Below are positions 1 through 12,011 of a stretch of 64,000 nucleotides of DNA, one piece after another (within the stretch, counting starts at the first letter, position 1; every line of letters begins with the position of its first letter). The DNA comes from Narcine bancroftii (lineage: Eukaryota): NCBI RefSeq assembly GCF_036971445.1, contig NC_091474.1, forward strand, positions 80,228,001-80,292,000. Reading direction: 5' to 3'. Below the pieces are notes generated by a model that saw only the letters and a program-made list of their open reading frames with translations, was not told where the DNA came from and made no database searches. The translations under genes and the position numbers were made by a program.

Positions 1-330
1 TGTATCAATACCACTTCAAGATCTTCTCTTCCTCCAAGCTGTCCTCTATCCAAAGGGGCAGTTTTTTCCAGACTTGCATGTCACACTTATGCCTTCGTAA
101 TCATAATTGGGCATACCGTTTAACATGCAGAATCTCCCCTTGCAACCTACAACTTGAAATTATAAATCCTAAACGGATTTTCCCAAAGAAATTTTTACCA
201 TGGCTATTAATCAATAAATAGCTGGGATAAGACGGATCATCAGTGGTGGCTAAAAGTTCCTTGGACCGTTTAATCAAAATCCGACTGCATCGCTAACAGA
301 GGTTTTATGGGTCTCCAAAGACACACTCAC

Positions 331-425
331 TTTTTCATGATTTGAATCTCTTGACACCACCTCTTTTTGCTTCTTGCACTCAACTCCAAACGGCAGGCTT
401 TAACTGCAATCCTTTCTCCAGTGTT
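331..425 (-). CDS. CHUK: IKK-alpha (CHUK) second coding exon, kinase N-lobe
   Basis: 95-bp exon bounded by a ttccag acceptor and a gtgagt donor on the minus strand. It translates to [31 protein letters not shown](K), matching IKK-alpha (human [28 protein letters not shown]). The catalytic Lys falls at residue 44. The gene continues off the left edge. Confidence 0.95.
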
Positions 426-1594
426 CTGGAACAGAAGTGTGGATTTATTGGGTTATAACGTACAATATTAAAAGTTCATTAGTTAAAATCGCTGACTAAA
501 ATACTGATGGATCACAAATCTCAAATAAGGTAGCTGTGTTCAGTTTACTTAGTGCACATGAAATCTGACTTGCAAACCATTCTATCGGATGGCGGATAAA
601 CTTCTGATTAAATTGCAAATGATGAAGAATATTCAGTACACTGCAGAGTTGGCATCCTTAAAGATGGCTACCAAATCCAATCACTTTATTGATAAACATC
701 CTCAATCACAGCAGAAATAAGAACCCCCTTCTATGTGTTGAACACATTGTAGAAATGCATGAACCATACCAGTGCCATTCAAATACAACGAAACAAATTT
801 CAAGTTGCACTTGTGACTTTTTTTTAACCATTGTTTTTTTTACCCCGATGTCTTTTTGAGAAGATTCCAAGATATCAAAAAAACCCCAAAAATCTGGGTT
901 TTTGTGTGAATTCAAGGTCTTGATCATAATGTTGATGATTAAGGGCATGAGTGCCTGTAACAGGCTGGAGAATGGTAATGATAAAAGAGAATGAGGGATG
1001 CAGATTAGGCCACAAGTAGAGAAATCAAATGACTTAGAAAAGTCCAAGGAAGAGAGAATTTATAGATTATGGGAAGGCCACAGCATACAAGGATTTGAAT
1101 AGGAGAAATCAAGTTTTAAAACAGGATCTTTCAAAGATTTGAAGTCAACACAAGTTAATAAGAACAAATGGCAGGTGATGGGGACTTAGAAAAGATTAAA
1201 AAAAAAGCAGAATTTAGAGATGTGAAAAAGTTAATTGGTGGCCAGTAACCTTTGGTGCCGCTCAGTTTAACAGTGATAATGCAAACTGAGTTTTGGCAGC
1301 ATTCCACGAGTACTGCGTGTGAACAAAAGTCTTCATGGCCAGGCACCATCTATTATTCATCTATCATTCACAAACAACATGGAATCAGGAGAAATCCTCA
1401 CTTATTTTTCTTGACATTGGTAAATACCGGAGCACACAGGTTGTGGAGAAAATCTATGACCTGGCATCATCCAAGACTCGTGTTAATATTATATCAATTC
1501 TTCGAGCTAAGGAAAATTAGTTACAATTTTGGTTCAATCATGAAGAAAACTGCCTGGGAATATTATGCCCACGAAGGGAAAGATCAAAATAATT

Positions 1595-1965
1595 AAACTA
1601 AGGTACTGGACACTCTCCAATCAGAAGGCATTAACATCGACTTCTCCAGCTCCCTTAAACTCCTTCCCCGCCTACCCGTTTCCTTTTGTCAAGTCCAACT
1701 CACTCCCTCCCTCTCCATTCTGAGACCAATAACTCCCCATCATTTCTCAGTGTTTTTCTCTTTTACCCTGTCGTCTCTGACCTCTTGCCTATTAGCCTGT
1801 GCTCCCCCCACCCTTCCTCCCTCCTGACCTCCCCCCACCCCAATTTTATTCAGGCACTTGCCTGCTTTTTGCTCATGAAGGTATCAGGCCTGAAACTTTG
1901 GTTATATCCCATTGATGCTGCGAGACCTGCGGAGTTTTTGCAGTATCTTTGTTTATTGCAAACTA
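1595..1965 (+). mobile_element. Penelope-like element 3' remnant
   Basis: Translates to a TLQSEGINIDFS-like C-terminus, followed by a pyrimidine-rich tract and a degenerate gctcatgaagg...cctgaaac motif shared with other copies in the window. Confidence 0.55.
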
Positions 1966-2571
1966 ATTATCACTCATTCATCTAACTCTCAATTACACGG
2001 TGTCAAGTGGCACCAAATTCCCAATCATCAAAAACTTAAGAGTAGATGGTTTCCCCTTGACATCAAGACACCAAATGTAAAATTGAAGTCATGGGAATCA
2101 AACAGAAAAATAGTGTCATTCTTTGTTCACAGAAGATCAACACCTCCCATTCAGAAAATCCCTATTATTCCCAAACCTGGGGCATCTAATTTTTCCCTTC
2201 ACCGAAATAACTTCCAATTATCCTTGCTTTGCAACTACTCAGAACAGCTGATAACTGGAAGAATCGAATCACAACATTCAAATAATTACAAATGTTCCTG
2301 ACATGAAGATATTAGTTTGAAGAAGAAACAACACAAAATGGAATGATAAAAATGCAGGGAATTTTAAACTTTTCTCATGTCAAACATGTAAAGTCGAACA
2401 AAATAATGGGTGATAGGAAATTAGTCCCTTTAAATTGTTCATCACCAAAGAAATAGCAAGAATGAAATTTCTGTCATTCTTTTAAATCTTTCAGTCTTGT
2501 GTGTTTTGTTTCATCTTTACAGCCCTAAAATGCACAACAAATGTCAATCTCCATCAATGCATAAAATTTAC

Positions 2572-2676
2572 CTTATGTTCGTACATATAGACATGTCCAA
2601 AGCCTCCTGCTCCAAGACGTTCCTTTAGATCCCAGGGTCCACATGTCTGAACCTGCTTGAATGGGGGTTTCTCCAT
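2572..2676 (-). CDS. CHUK: IKK-alpha (CHUK) first coding exon
   Basis: ATG at 2676-2674 and 105 coding nt giving MEKPPFKQVQTCGPWDLKERLGAGGFGHVYMYEHK (Gly-rich loop). Donor AAG|gtaaat. An acceptor ttacag lies 21 nt upstream of the ATG, so the exon spans 2572-2697. It joins 331-425 in phase 0. Confidence 0.95.
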
Positions 2677-3699
2677 TCTCAAGCAGAATCGTTAACCCTG
2701 TAATTACAAAACAGTAACTCTATTAAAGGCGTGCTCAGAAACTCAATCAAACTGAGAACAACCATCAAAGTAACATGGTCAACACTGAAGTATGCACAAT
2801 AAAGTTTTTACTTTCATCTTTCTTTCAAACCTGCATTGCAAAAGTGAACGACAAAGATTAATGGAGTTGAAATTTAATTCATGAATCAGAAGAAAAGTGA
2901 AATTCTGATCCTTAGAATGGAGATCCTCAAATTCCCCATGTTGTCTGTTTTCTCTTCCCCCCACCCCCCACAACCCTCCCCTGCACCCTGCCCCCACTAC
3001 CCCACAAACAGGACATTTTATTCCAAGTCAAATGAAAGAGAAAGCTTTAGTGGCTTGCTTTTCGAAAAAATGTTTAGCTGAAGAGCAATTTTGTGGGAGG
3101 AACCAGGTAGGGGCTCCAAAGAATTATCTTTCCATAAATAATTTTCATAAGTTCACACGTTATCAAAAACATATGATACTCCAGGAAATAACCAACCATG
3201 ATTTTGCTCAGCAGAATTTAGCAGGAAAACTACATCCTTGTGATCCCATCCTCCTGGATGTATCATTGCAGTAAATCACATTGCACATTCCAATCAAAAT
3301 AACCTTGCCAATTATATTTATGTATTCTCATTCATTTTGCCCCTTCACAGCAGCTACCAAGGTTTTTATCCAGTGCTTTGCTTCCTTTCCCCCCCCACTC
3401 ACCCTTACACTTATTACACCTTTGTTCATTACTGACAAAATTTCAACCACAATCTCCTCTGTAATGACAAGTAAATGCAATTTTAGAAAAAAAATAAACT
3501 TGTGAAATGCATTAAGAAACTAATAATCTTTCCCTGGGTTTCAGTCAGTCTAAAGTCAGCTGTGTTGCTTCTAAGATAATAAAAAGAAGACCCAACACCT
3601 CACAATAACACAAAAACACTTCCATATGGGGGGTCCCGCGGGCGGAGGCGAGGGGAACGGGGGAGGTGGGGGGAAAGAGGGGAGATGGTGGGAAATGGG

Positions 3700-6600
3700 G
3701 GGACCGCACGCGGCAGGGACCGAGGGGGGGGGCGGGACCGCACGCGGCAGGGACCGTGGGGGGGGGCGGGACCGCACGCGGCAGGGACCGTGGGGGGGGC
3801 GGGACCGCACACAGCAGGGACCGTGGGGGGACGGGACCGCACGTGGCTGGGACCGTGGGGGTCAGGACCGCACGCGGCAGGGACCGTGGGGGGCAGGACC
3901 GCACGCGGCAGGGACCGTGGGGGGCAGGACCGCACGCGGCAGGGACCGTGGGGGGCAGGACCGCACGCGGCAGGGACCGTGGGGGGCAGGACCGCACGCG
4001 GCAGGGACCGTGGGGGGCAGGACCGCACGCGGCAGGGACCGTGGGGGGCAGGACCGCACGCGGCAGGGACCGTGGGGGGCAGGACCGCACGCGGCAGGGA
4101 CCGTGGGGGGCAGGACCGCACGCGGCAGGGACCGTGGGGGGCAGGACCGCACGCGGCAGGGACCGTGGGGGGCAGGACCGCACGCGGCAGGGACCGTGGG
4201 GGGCAGGACCGCACGCGGCAGGGACCGTGGGGGGGCAGGACCGCACGCGGCAGGGACCGTGGGGGGCAGGACCGCACGCGGCAGGGACCGTGGGGGGCAG
4301 GACCGCACGCGGCAGGGACCGTGGGGGGCAGGACCGCACGCGGCAGGGACCGTGGGGGGCAGGACCGCACGCGGCAGGGACCGTGGGGGGCAGGACCGCA
4401 CGCGGCAGGGACCGTGGGGGGCAGGACCGCACGCGGCAGGGACCGTGGGGCGGGGGGCGTGACTGCACGCGGCAGGGAACGTGGGGGGGGGGCGGGACTG
4501 TACGCGGCAGGGTCCGTGGGGGGGGGGTGGGATCGCACGTGGCAGGGACCTTGGGGTGGGCGGGATCGCACGCGGCAGGGACCGTGAGGGGGCGGGATCG
4601 CACGCGGCAGGGACCATGGGGGGGCTGGACCGCACGCTGCTGGGACCGTAGGGGGGCTGGACCGCACGCGGCTGGGACCGTGGGGGGCAGGACCGCAAGC
4701 GGCAGGGACCGTGGGGATTGGGCGGGACCGTACGCGGCTGGGACCGTGGGGTGGGGGGGAGACCCCTGCAGCAGGGACAGTGGGGGGGAGAATACCCCCG
4801 TGGCAGGGACCGTTGGGGGGCAGGACCGCACGCGGCAGGGACCGTGGGGGGCAGGACCGCACGCGGCAGGGACCGTGGGGGGCAGGACCGCACGCGGCAG
4901 GGACCGTGGGTGCAGGACCGCACGCGGCAGGGACCGTGGGTGCAGGACCGCACGCGGCAGGGACCGTGGGGGGCAGGACCGCACGCGGCAGGGACCGTGG
5001 GGGGGGGGGGGGGGGGCGTGACTGCACGCGGCAGGGAACGTGGGGGGGGGCGGGACTGTACGCGGCAGGGTCCGTGGGGGGGGTGGGATCGCACGCGGCA
5101 GGGACCGTGGGGGGCAGGACCGCACGCGGCAGGGACCGTGGGGGGCAGGACCGCACGCGGCAGGGACCGTGGGTGCAGGACCGCACGCGGCAGGGACCGT
5201 GGGGATTGGGCGGGACCGTACGCGGCTGGGACCGTGGGGTGGGGGGGAGACCCCTGCAGCAGGGACAGTGGGGGGGAGAATACCCCTGTGGCAGGGACCG
5301 TTGGGGGGCGGGACCGCACGCGGCAGAGACCGTGGGGAGGGGGGGGTGTGACTGCACACGGCAGGGACCGTGGGGGTGCGGGACCGCACGCGGCAGGGAC
5401 CGTGGGGGTGCGGGACCGCACGCGGCAGGGACCGTGGGGGTGCGGGACCGCACGCGGCAGGGACCGTGGGGGTGCGGGACCGCACGCGGCAGGGACCGTG
5501 GGGGTGCGGGACCGCACGCGGCAGGGACCGTGGGGGTGCGGGACCGCACGCGGCAGGGACCGTGGGGGTGCGGGACCGCACGCGGCAGGGACCGTGGGGG
5601 TGCGGGACCGCACGCGGCAGGGACCGTGGGGGTGCGGGACCGCACGCGGCAGGGACCGTGGGGGTGCGGGACCGCACGCGGCAGGGACCGTGGGGGTGCG
5701 GGACCGCACGCGGCAGGGACCGTGGGGGTGCGGGACCGCACGCGGCAGGGACCGTGGGGGTGCGGGACCGCACGCGGCAGGGACCGTGGGGGTGCGGGAC
5801 CGCACGCGGCAGGGACCGTGGGGGTGCGGGACCGCACGCGGCAGGGACCGTGGGGGTGCGGGACCGCACGCGGCAGGGACCGTGGGGGTGCGGGACCGCA
5901 CGCGGCAGGGACCGTGGGGGTGCGGGACCGCACGCGGCAGGGACCGTGGGGGTGCGGGACCGCACGCGGCAGGGACCGTGGGGGTGCGGGACCGCACGCG
6001 GCAGGGACCGTGGGGGTGCGGGACCGCACGCGGCAGGGACCGTGGGGGGGTGCCTGACCCCACGCAGCAGGGACCGTGGAGGGGGGCCTGACCCCACGCG
6101 GCAGTGGGGGTGCGGGACCGCACGCGGCAGGGACCGTGGGGGTGCGGGACCGCACGCGGCAGGGACCGTGGGGGTGCGGGACCGCACGCGGCAGGGACCG
6201 TGGGGGGGGGGGCGGTACCGCACGCGGCAGGGACCGTGGGGGGGGGGCGGGACCCCACGCGGCAGGGACCGTGGGGGGGGGGCGGGACCCCACGCGGCAG
6301 GGACCGTGGGGGGGTGCCTGACCCCACGCAGCAGGGACCGTGGAGGGGGGCCTGACCCCACGCGGCAGTGGGGGGTGCGGGACCCCACGCGGCAGGGACC
6401 GTTGGGGGCGGGGCCGCACGCGGGAGGGACAGCGGGGGGCGGGGCCGCAAGGGGGAGGGACAGTAAGGGGCGGGGCCTTGCGCGGGAGGGACAGTGGGGG
6501 GCGTGGCCGCGCACGGGAGGGACAGTGGGGGGCGGGGCCTTGCGCGGGAGGGACAGTGGGGGGCGGAGCCTTGCGCGGGAGGGACAGTGGGGGCGGGGCC

Positions 6601-6720
6601 TTGCGCGGGAGGGACAGTGGGGGGCGGGGCCTTGCGCGGGAGGGACAATGGGGGCGGGGCCGCGCGCTGGAGGGACGGGGGCGGGGCCGCAAGCGGGACG
6701 GACAGTGGGGGGCGGGACTG
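3700..6720. repeat. G-rich/CpG-rich minisatellite (31- and 32-bp units) in the CHUK leader intron
   Basis: Homogeneous blocks of GGACCGCACGCGGCAGGGACCGTGGGGGGCA (31 bp, ~3860-4445) and GGACCGCACGCGGCAGGGACCGTGGGGGTGCG (32 bp, ~5365-6045), with degenerate blocks between and GC-box-bearing variants at ~6410-6720. Confidence 0.97.
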
Positions 6721-6958
6721 GAAGCTGGCGGGACGGGGCGGGGAAGGGGGAAATGGAGAGGGGGTGGAGAGCTGGAGAAAAGACAGGGGTCGAGGAAGGA
6801 CGAGAGGATGAACTCGCGGAGACCGGAGAAGTCGATGCTTGGGCCCGTCAGGCTGCGCTCGGGCCTCTCCTGCTCCGCCGCAGGCTCATCTCATTTGCCA
6901 CCCGTTCTCCCCCCCCCCCCACCCTCCACCCTCTCTCTCTCTCTCTCACTCTCCTTAC

Positions 6959-7070
6959 CTTGGCTCAGTGCCCTCAGCGATCCTCCTCCGGCGCCGACAT
7001 TGGAGGGGGCGAACAGGAGCCGGCTACCGTCCTTTCTCCTCCCTCTCGCCGCATCCCGGACAGGAACCGC
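6959..7070 (-). other. CHUK: Probable non-coding first (leader) exon of CHUK
   Basis: Consensus donor AAG|gtaagg on the minus strand at 6959/6958 within CpG-rich unique sequence, just downstream of promoter motifs. The first coding exon has an acceptor that needs an upstream exon. The 5' boundary is estimated. Confidence 0.7.
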
Positions 7071-7130
7071 GTGATGTCATCCGCCCCCGCCGGCTTGGAC
7101 TGGGGCATGCTGGGAAATGTAGTGCGACGT
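7060..7130 (-). promoter_or_regulatory. CpG-island promoter of CHUK with ZNF143/THAP11-type motif, GC box and CRE-like site
   Basis: Minus strand 7123-7105 reads ACTACATTTCCCAGCATGC (the ACTACAnnTCCCA SBS motif). GC box CCGCCCCC at 7081-7088 and TGATGTCA at 7072-7079. Confidence 0.85.
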
Positions 7131-8499
7131 CCTGCAGTGACAACTTGGGCCCTCTCTCCTAAAAAAGAGGCATTGGTTAAATCAAACAGTCCAAATCTTA
7201 GATGAAAATGCTCATCTCAGGTGCATGCTGATGGAGTGCAGCATCATTTCCTTCACACTGCAAAGGTAATGCTGAGGAATTTGAAACCAACAAGAAAATT
7301 TAAACAAAGTTATTGTCGATCAAAGAAAAGGAAATTGTGATTCACAGCCAAGGGATTTCTCTCAGAGATACAAGTGGTGGAACAGAGAAAGGGAGACCAA
7401 TTAATGTTCTGCACATCAAGTTTATTGTCATTTGATTGTCCAAGCTCCCTCACCCCAAAGCCAAGGAGAATGGACAATTAATTGGTCATTGTAAGGTGCC
7501 CTCTCCCCGTGTACAGGGGGGAAGTTAAGTAAAGTTTACTGTCATCTGAGTGTACTAGCACCACACGACAAAACAGCTGTGACAGATTATGTTGTGTTTT
7601 ATATTGCATATAGATATGTTTTAAAGGAGATAAATTGTGGCAGGTTTTTTTTAGTATAGCTCTCACTTCAAAACAAATCTCCCTCTGAAAACCAACAAGA
7701 ACCTTTTGGAGTGTGAACCATTTACCTTTCAAGCACCAAAGCCTCGTGAGATTCATAAATATTACATTTTGTGCACAGAATAAGAATTGCCTGATACAGG
7801 TGAACTTTGAGAAGTGAGATTGGACTGTAAATCAAAGAACTTTGCTGAACTTACACATTACATATATGTGCATTTAGAATTAGAAGGGGATTAAGTTAAT
7901 AGTAAAGTTTGATCCTGTTTTCATGTTTAAAGATAATTAAAAGCAACTTTTGTTTCAGTGACCATTTGTCTCGGTGAATTTCTGTTGCTGGGTTATGAAC
8001 ACAGTGTTCTCGAGTCTTCGGTGCAAAATGTAGACATACAACCAGACATAACTCACATGAAGACAAACAAATACCTTGTACCAATTATGTCCAACATTAA
8101 AAAGTCAGTATGCATAATTAATGTTTGTGATGGTGGGTAATGTATTGGCATGGATTGAAAAAAATTCCTTTAATCGTGAATTTATTCATTTTTCAGTTGA
8201 GTTCAAGTGCATTATCATCAATTGTACAAGTGCAACCCAACGAAAGAACTGGTGCAAAAACATGCGAACACACATCTAGACAAAACACGCATGCATACAA
8301 ACAAGACATATGCATATTTAAAAGTAAATAAATGTTGTTAATAAATAATAGTTATGGAGGGTTTGTTTCAGCAGTTCATCGGGCATTCAACGTTCTCACT
8401 GCCTGTAGAAAGAAACTGTTTCTCAGCCTAGTGGTTCTGGTACTGGTTCTGATACTCCTGATGGGAGTAGCTGAAAAATGCTGTGTGCGGCCACCTGCC

Positions 8500-8655
8500 C
8501 ACATTTTTCTATACCTTGATGAAGGACTCAAGTCTGAAAGATTGAATATGTATTTTTATCTTTACTACATGAAATACACTGTTTGACCAGCTGAGTTTCT
8601 CCAGCATTATATTTTTTTATTCAACCATGGTGTCTGCAGACGTTCGTGTTTTACT
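8500..8655 (+). mobile_element. Penelope-like terminal repeat fragment
   Basis: ccttgatgaaggactcaagtctgaaa...gaccagctgagtttctccagcat motif shared with copies at ~10405, ~12088 and ~53916. Confidence 0.5.
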
Positions 8656-10099
8656 CTTGCCCCATGAGGAGTCTGCTTGAACCTGATTGGACACAGCCAG
8701 AGGTCCATTTGGCATTAGGGGTGGTCCTTCCGAGTGTATAAAAGAGAGGACTGACATAAGCCTTTGAGTCAACCAGTTTGCAGTCTGTGACATTGGAGTC
8801 AACGAGGCTGCTCGGAGCTGGGATGACAGGGCACATTTCATCACTGCCGATGTGGAAGGAGCACTGGCTTTGCTGGGGATCCATGCAACTGCTACATTGC
8901 TATGGGCTTCATGGGGGAACCATGCTACCGGAATTCAGCTGCTCTGGTCCCATTCGGGGCCAGCGAGCTTCCCCCTGACCAGGCTCTAAAGATGTCGAAT
9001 TGTCCAACATCCACAGTGGCAAGAAACCTTCCCTCAGTCCAACCAAGGCTCTTAGATCCACCAAAAAGCTGTGATGTTTTATTCCTCTTTCCATTTACAA
9101 TGACTGGATTCTTTATTACTTACAAAAGGCACGGGTGGTGAAAGTGGATGCAATCAAACGAGGATTTGTTCTTTGTAGCAGTGAAGTGACTCACTCAGAA
9201 ATGCTTTGAAATTCTTGTTTGTTGCAGGTGAACAAATACTTGGTGGGAAAAAGGACACTAAATAATGACTAGAAGTGTTAAACCTTTAAATGGGGAAAAT
9301 AACTGAAATTAAAATGACCATAATTGTCAAACTTTTAATAAAGAAAAGTCAATAAATTAAAATAAAGTTTTGAAAAGTTGTGCAACACACAAATGTGGTG
9401 GAAAGCTCAGTAAGCCATGCACCATCTATTGAAAGTTAAAGGTGACCAACGTTTGGGCTGTGGGTCCTTTGGGAATTTTTAAAAAATGCAGATGGACACT
9501 TCATCTAAAAATGGTAATGAGAGTCTTCCAGAGAAAGGAGTAAGGGATTACAGGGGTAAGGGATAACAGGGGTAAGAAGAACAACTCTTTGATGGAAGGA
9601 TAAAAGTTGTGGAACTGGTGGAATGGAGACAGATATGCTTTTTACACAGCCACTGCATTCCAAGAAATTATTGCCATTTTCCTAGAATGCAGTGTGTGTA
9701 AAAAGATGGGAATGGGAATAAGGAGTCATTCCCGTTCTGATATTTTACTTCCTCAATCCCAAGTAAGTTTCTCAGGACGCTGGCAGTCTAAAGTTAACTG
9801 CAGGCATTCCTTGAACAACGAGCTAATGAATAGCACGTATCGATGACGCACGTTTTACATCGCACTCGACATCACTGCAGTGGCACCATACATCCCAAGT
9901 ACATCAAACATCGAAGTCGACATCGCTGCAGAAGCAATGCAAGTCCTGCCTCTTGAATTACCACACTTCCGGTATTCTGTCTAAATGCGTGGTGTGATGC
10001 GGACATTGGAGTTTTGGTAATTCCTTTGTGAATGGCCACTCCCGGAAGGTAGGGAAATCCTTCAGAATGAAACAAAATCACAAGAGAATAAGATGACAA

Positions 10100-10505
10100 A
10101 GGCTGGGGGTGGGGGAGTTGACGGAAATTGGAGAAATCAATGTTCATGTTGCAGATTACGTTTGAGTATTGCACCTGACCCACCTGCCAATCTCGCAGCG
10201 TCCATAGGAGGTAAAAATATATTACTGCCTTTTCATGCCTGAGCTCTTCTTCAAGGTAAAAGCACAAAGCAGAAAAATCCAAAATAATTTCTAACCTTTA
10301 CTCTTATCGTATTCAATTAACACCTTTTGTCTGTTGGTCTGCACTCCTTTCCCTCCCTTTCTCTCCAGTCTTTATTCAGATGCCTGCCTGCTGTTTGCTT
10401 ATATCTTGAAGAAAGGGTCATGCCCAAAACTTCAGTAATATATCTTTTCCTCCTTCTGATGCTGCGAGACCAGCTGAGTTTCTCCATCATTTCTGTGTGT
10501 TTTAA
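10100..10505. mobile_element. Penelope-like remnant with inverted terminal copies
   Basis: Minus-strand MNIDFSNF C-terminus (~10125-10148). The ttgaagaa...aaa motif occurs on the minus strand (~10229-10256) and the plus strand (~10405-10432). Confidence 0.5.
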
Positions 10506-10654
10506 TTAAAATATCTTGGCCAAGGTCATTGCTGATCAAGTCCAGTCGATTCTGAAATGCATAATTTTCTTAGACCAGGTGGATCCATTTCATCGAAAGT
10601 AACACTGATTTGATCTGGGTAACTGCTGTAAATTTAAATTTATTTAAAAAAAAA

Positions 10655-10890
10655 ATTAAACATACAGCACGGTAACAGGCCATTTTGGCCCACGAATCTA
10701 TGCCACCCAATTACACTGCATTAACCTACAACCCCAGTATGTTTCAAATGGTGGGAGGAAACCCAAAAACCCATGAAGACATGGGGAGAACATATGCACT
10801 CCTTACAGACAACACGGGATAATGAATCTTGGTCCTGGTCGCTGGCACTCTAAATGTGTTGCACTAACTGCTGTGCCAACCGTGCCACAC
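10655..10890 (-). mobile_element. HE1/V-SINE-like tRNA-derived SINE
   Basis: Shares the central ttctccccatgtct...gggtttcctccca domain and the 3' aggcc...ggcccacga...cccaattaca tail with several other copies in the window. Confidence 0.75.
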
Positions 10891-11539
10891 TGCTACGATT
10901 AATTAGCAGAGAAAAAGAAGCTGCTGTCAGATGCATATTTGAGCAATATTTTACTGATCAATAATCTCTGCTTTCAACTATTTTGTCAGGAACACTGGTC
11001 CCAGAGCTTATCACATCCATGGTGCAGACGTGGGTCATACTGTTGAATTGGTGAAGTGAATGACTGCCCTCGGATTTTGTCAGCATTTGTGAGACAGCAA
11101 GGAACATAATGAAATCAGTGGGGATCAAAGGAAAAGAGCTCTCGCGGCTGGAATCATTGCTGCACAATATAGATTTTGTGTTGGGGGCTTCAGTCATTGC
11201 AGAGCAGGCATTGATTTCCTGTTGATTTGGAAGGGGATTTGTTTTCCATTTTCTGAGCCCATGTGTATTCAGCCGCTTAACAAAAACATGAATCATGGGT
11301 CAGAAGTAAGGACAAGTAAAATTGTCAGCCAATGTGCCTGAGCTGCCATCACATGAGACATTTTTCTCAGCCGTGCATGTCTTAGACCAATTATTAATCA
11401 TCATTTAGCAGGTATAAAATAAGAACTTCCCAAGGTTAAGGTAATTGTTCATCCAAAGTTCACATTTGGGCAGCTCAATATTTGAGTGCTTCTCCTTTAA
11501 ACCTACAACACTGGACAATGAAGATTTTTCTTCCTGAAC

Positions 11540-11990
11540 ACCTTTGGGTGTATTTTATGAATTTTGGGATACTCATCATGAAAATCACCTTAAAACTTTC
11601 TCATCATGTACGGTTTTTATTTATAACTTATTTTTGTGATATTCTAAGTCTACTTAAAGGATACAAAACCATAAAGTGCCACATGTCATTGAAAATTCAT
11701 TTTCAGCATTCGCACTTGGACGTCTTCCCTGCTGATCTTGGTGCAGTCAGTGATGAACATGGTGAAAGGTTTCCCCAGGACATTGTGACCATGAAAAAGC
11801 AGTATCAGGGCAACGGGAATCCATCTGTTGTTGGGCACTGACACGAGAAGCATCAAATGTTGAGTACAAACAAAAATCAGCTGCAAAACATTTTTAGGTC
11901 CATTGAACGAATGCAATGTGCCCACATCATTATGCGATTAAACCTGCTAAACTCAATAAAAGTTCATTTAAAATTTCTTCAACTTCCAAC
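11540..11990 (+). pseudogene. DNA-transposon transposase C-terminal relic, probably Chapaev3/CMC type
   Basis: CHMSLKIHFQHSHLDVFPADLGAVSDEHGERFPQDIVTMKKQYQG resembles the recalled transposase motif MSLKxHFLHSHLDFFPxNLGAVSDExGERFHQDI. The superfamily assignment is from memory. Confidence 0.65.
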
Positions 11991-12011
11991 AGCAAATCTG
12001 AAGTTATCTTT

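Noticed and set aside
3700-6720. CRISPR-like array (repeat length ~31 bp)
   Set aside because: Units are head-to-tail with no unique spacers, there are no cas genes, and the context is vertebrate.
3545-7205. Very long Pro/Arg/Gly-rich ORFs (up to 1030 aa) in all six frames
   Set aside because: The 31/32-bp unit has no stop codon in any frame, the peptides cycle with the repeat period, and the region is CHUK intron.
9826-9985. Frame with an internal TGA (MNSTYR*RTFYIALD...) as a selenoprotein
   Set aside because: No recognisable selenoprotein homology, redox motif or SECIS element.
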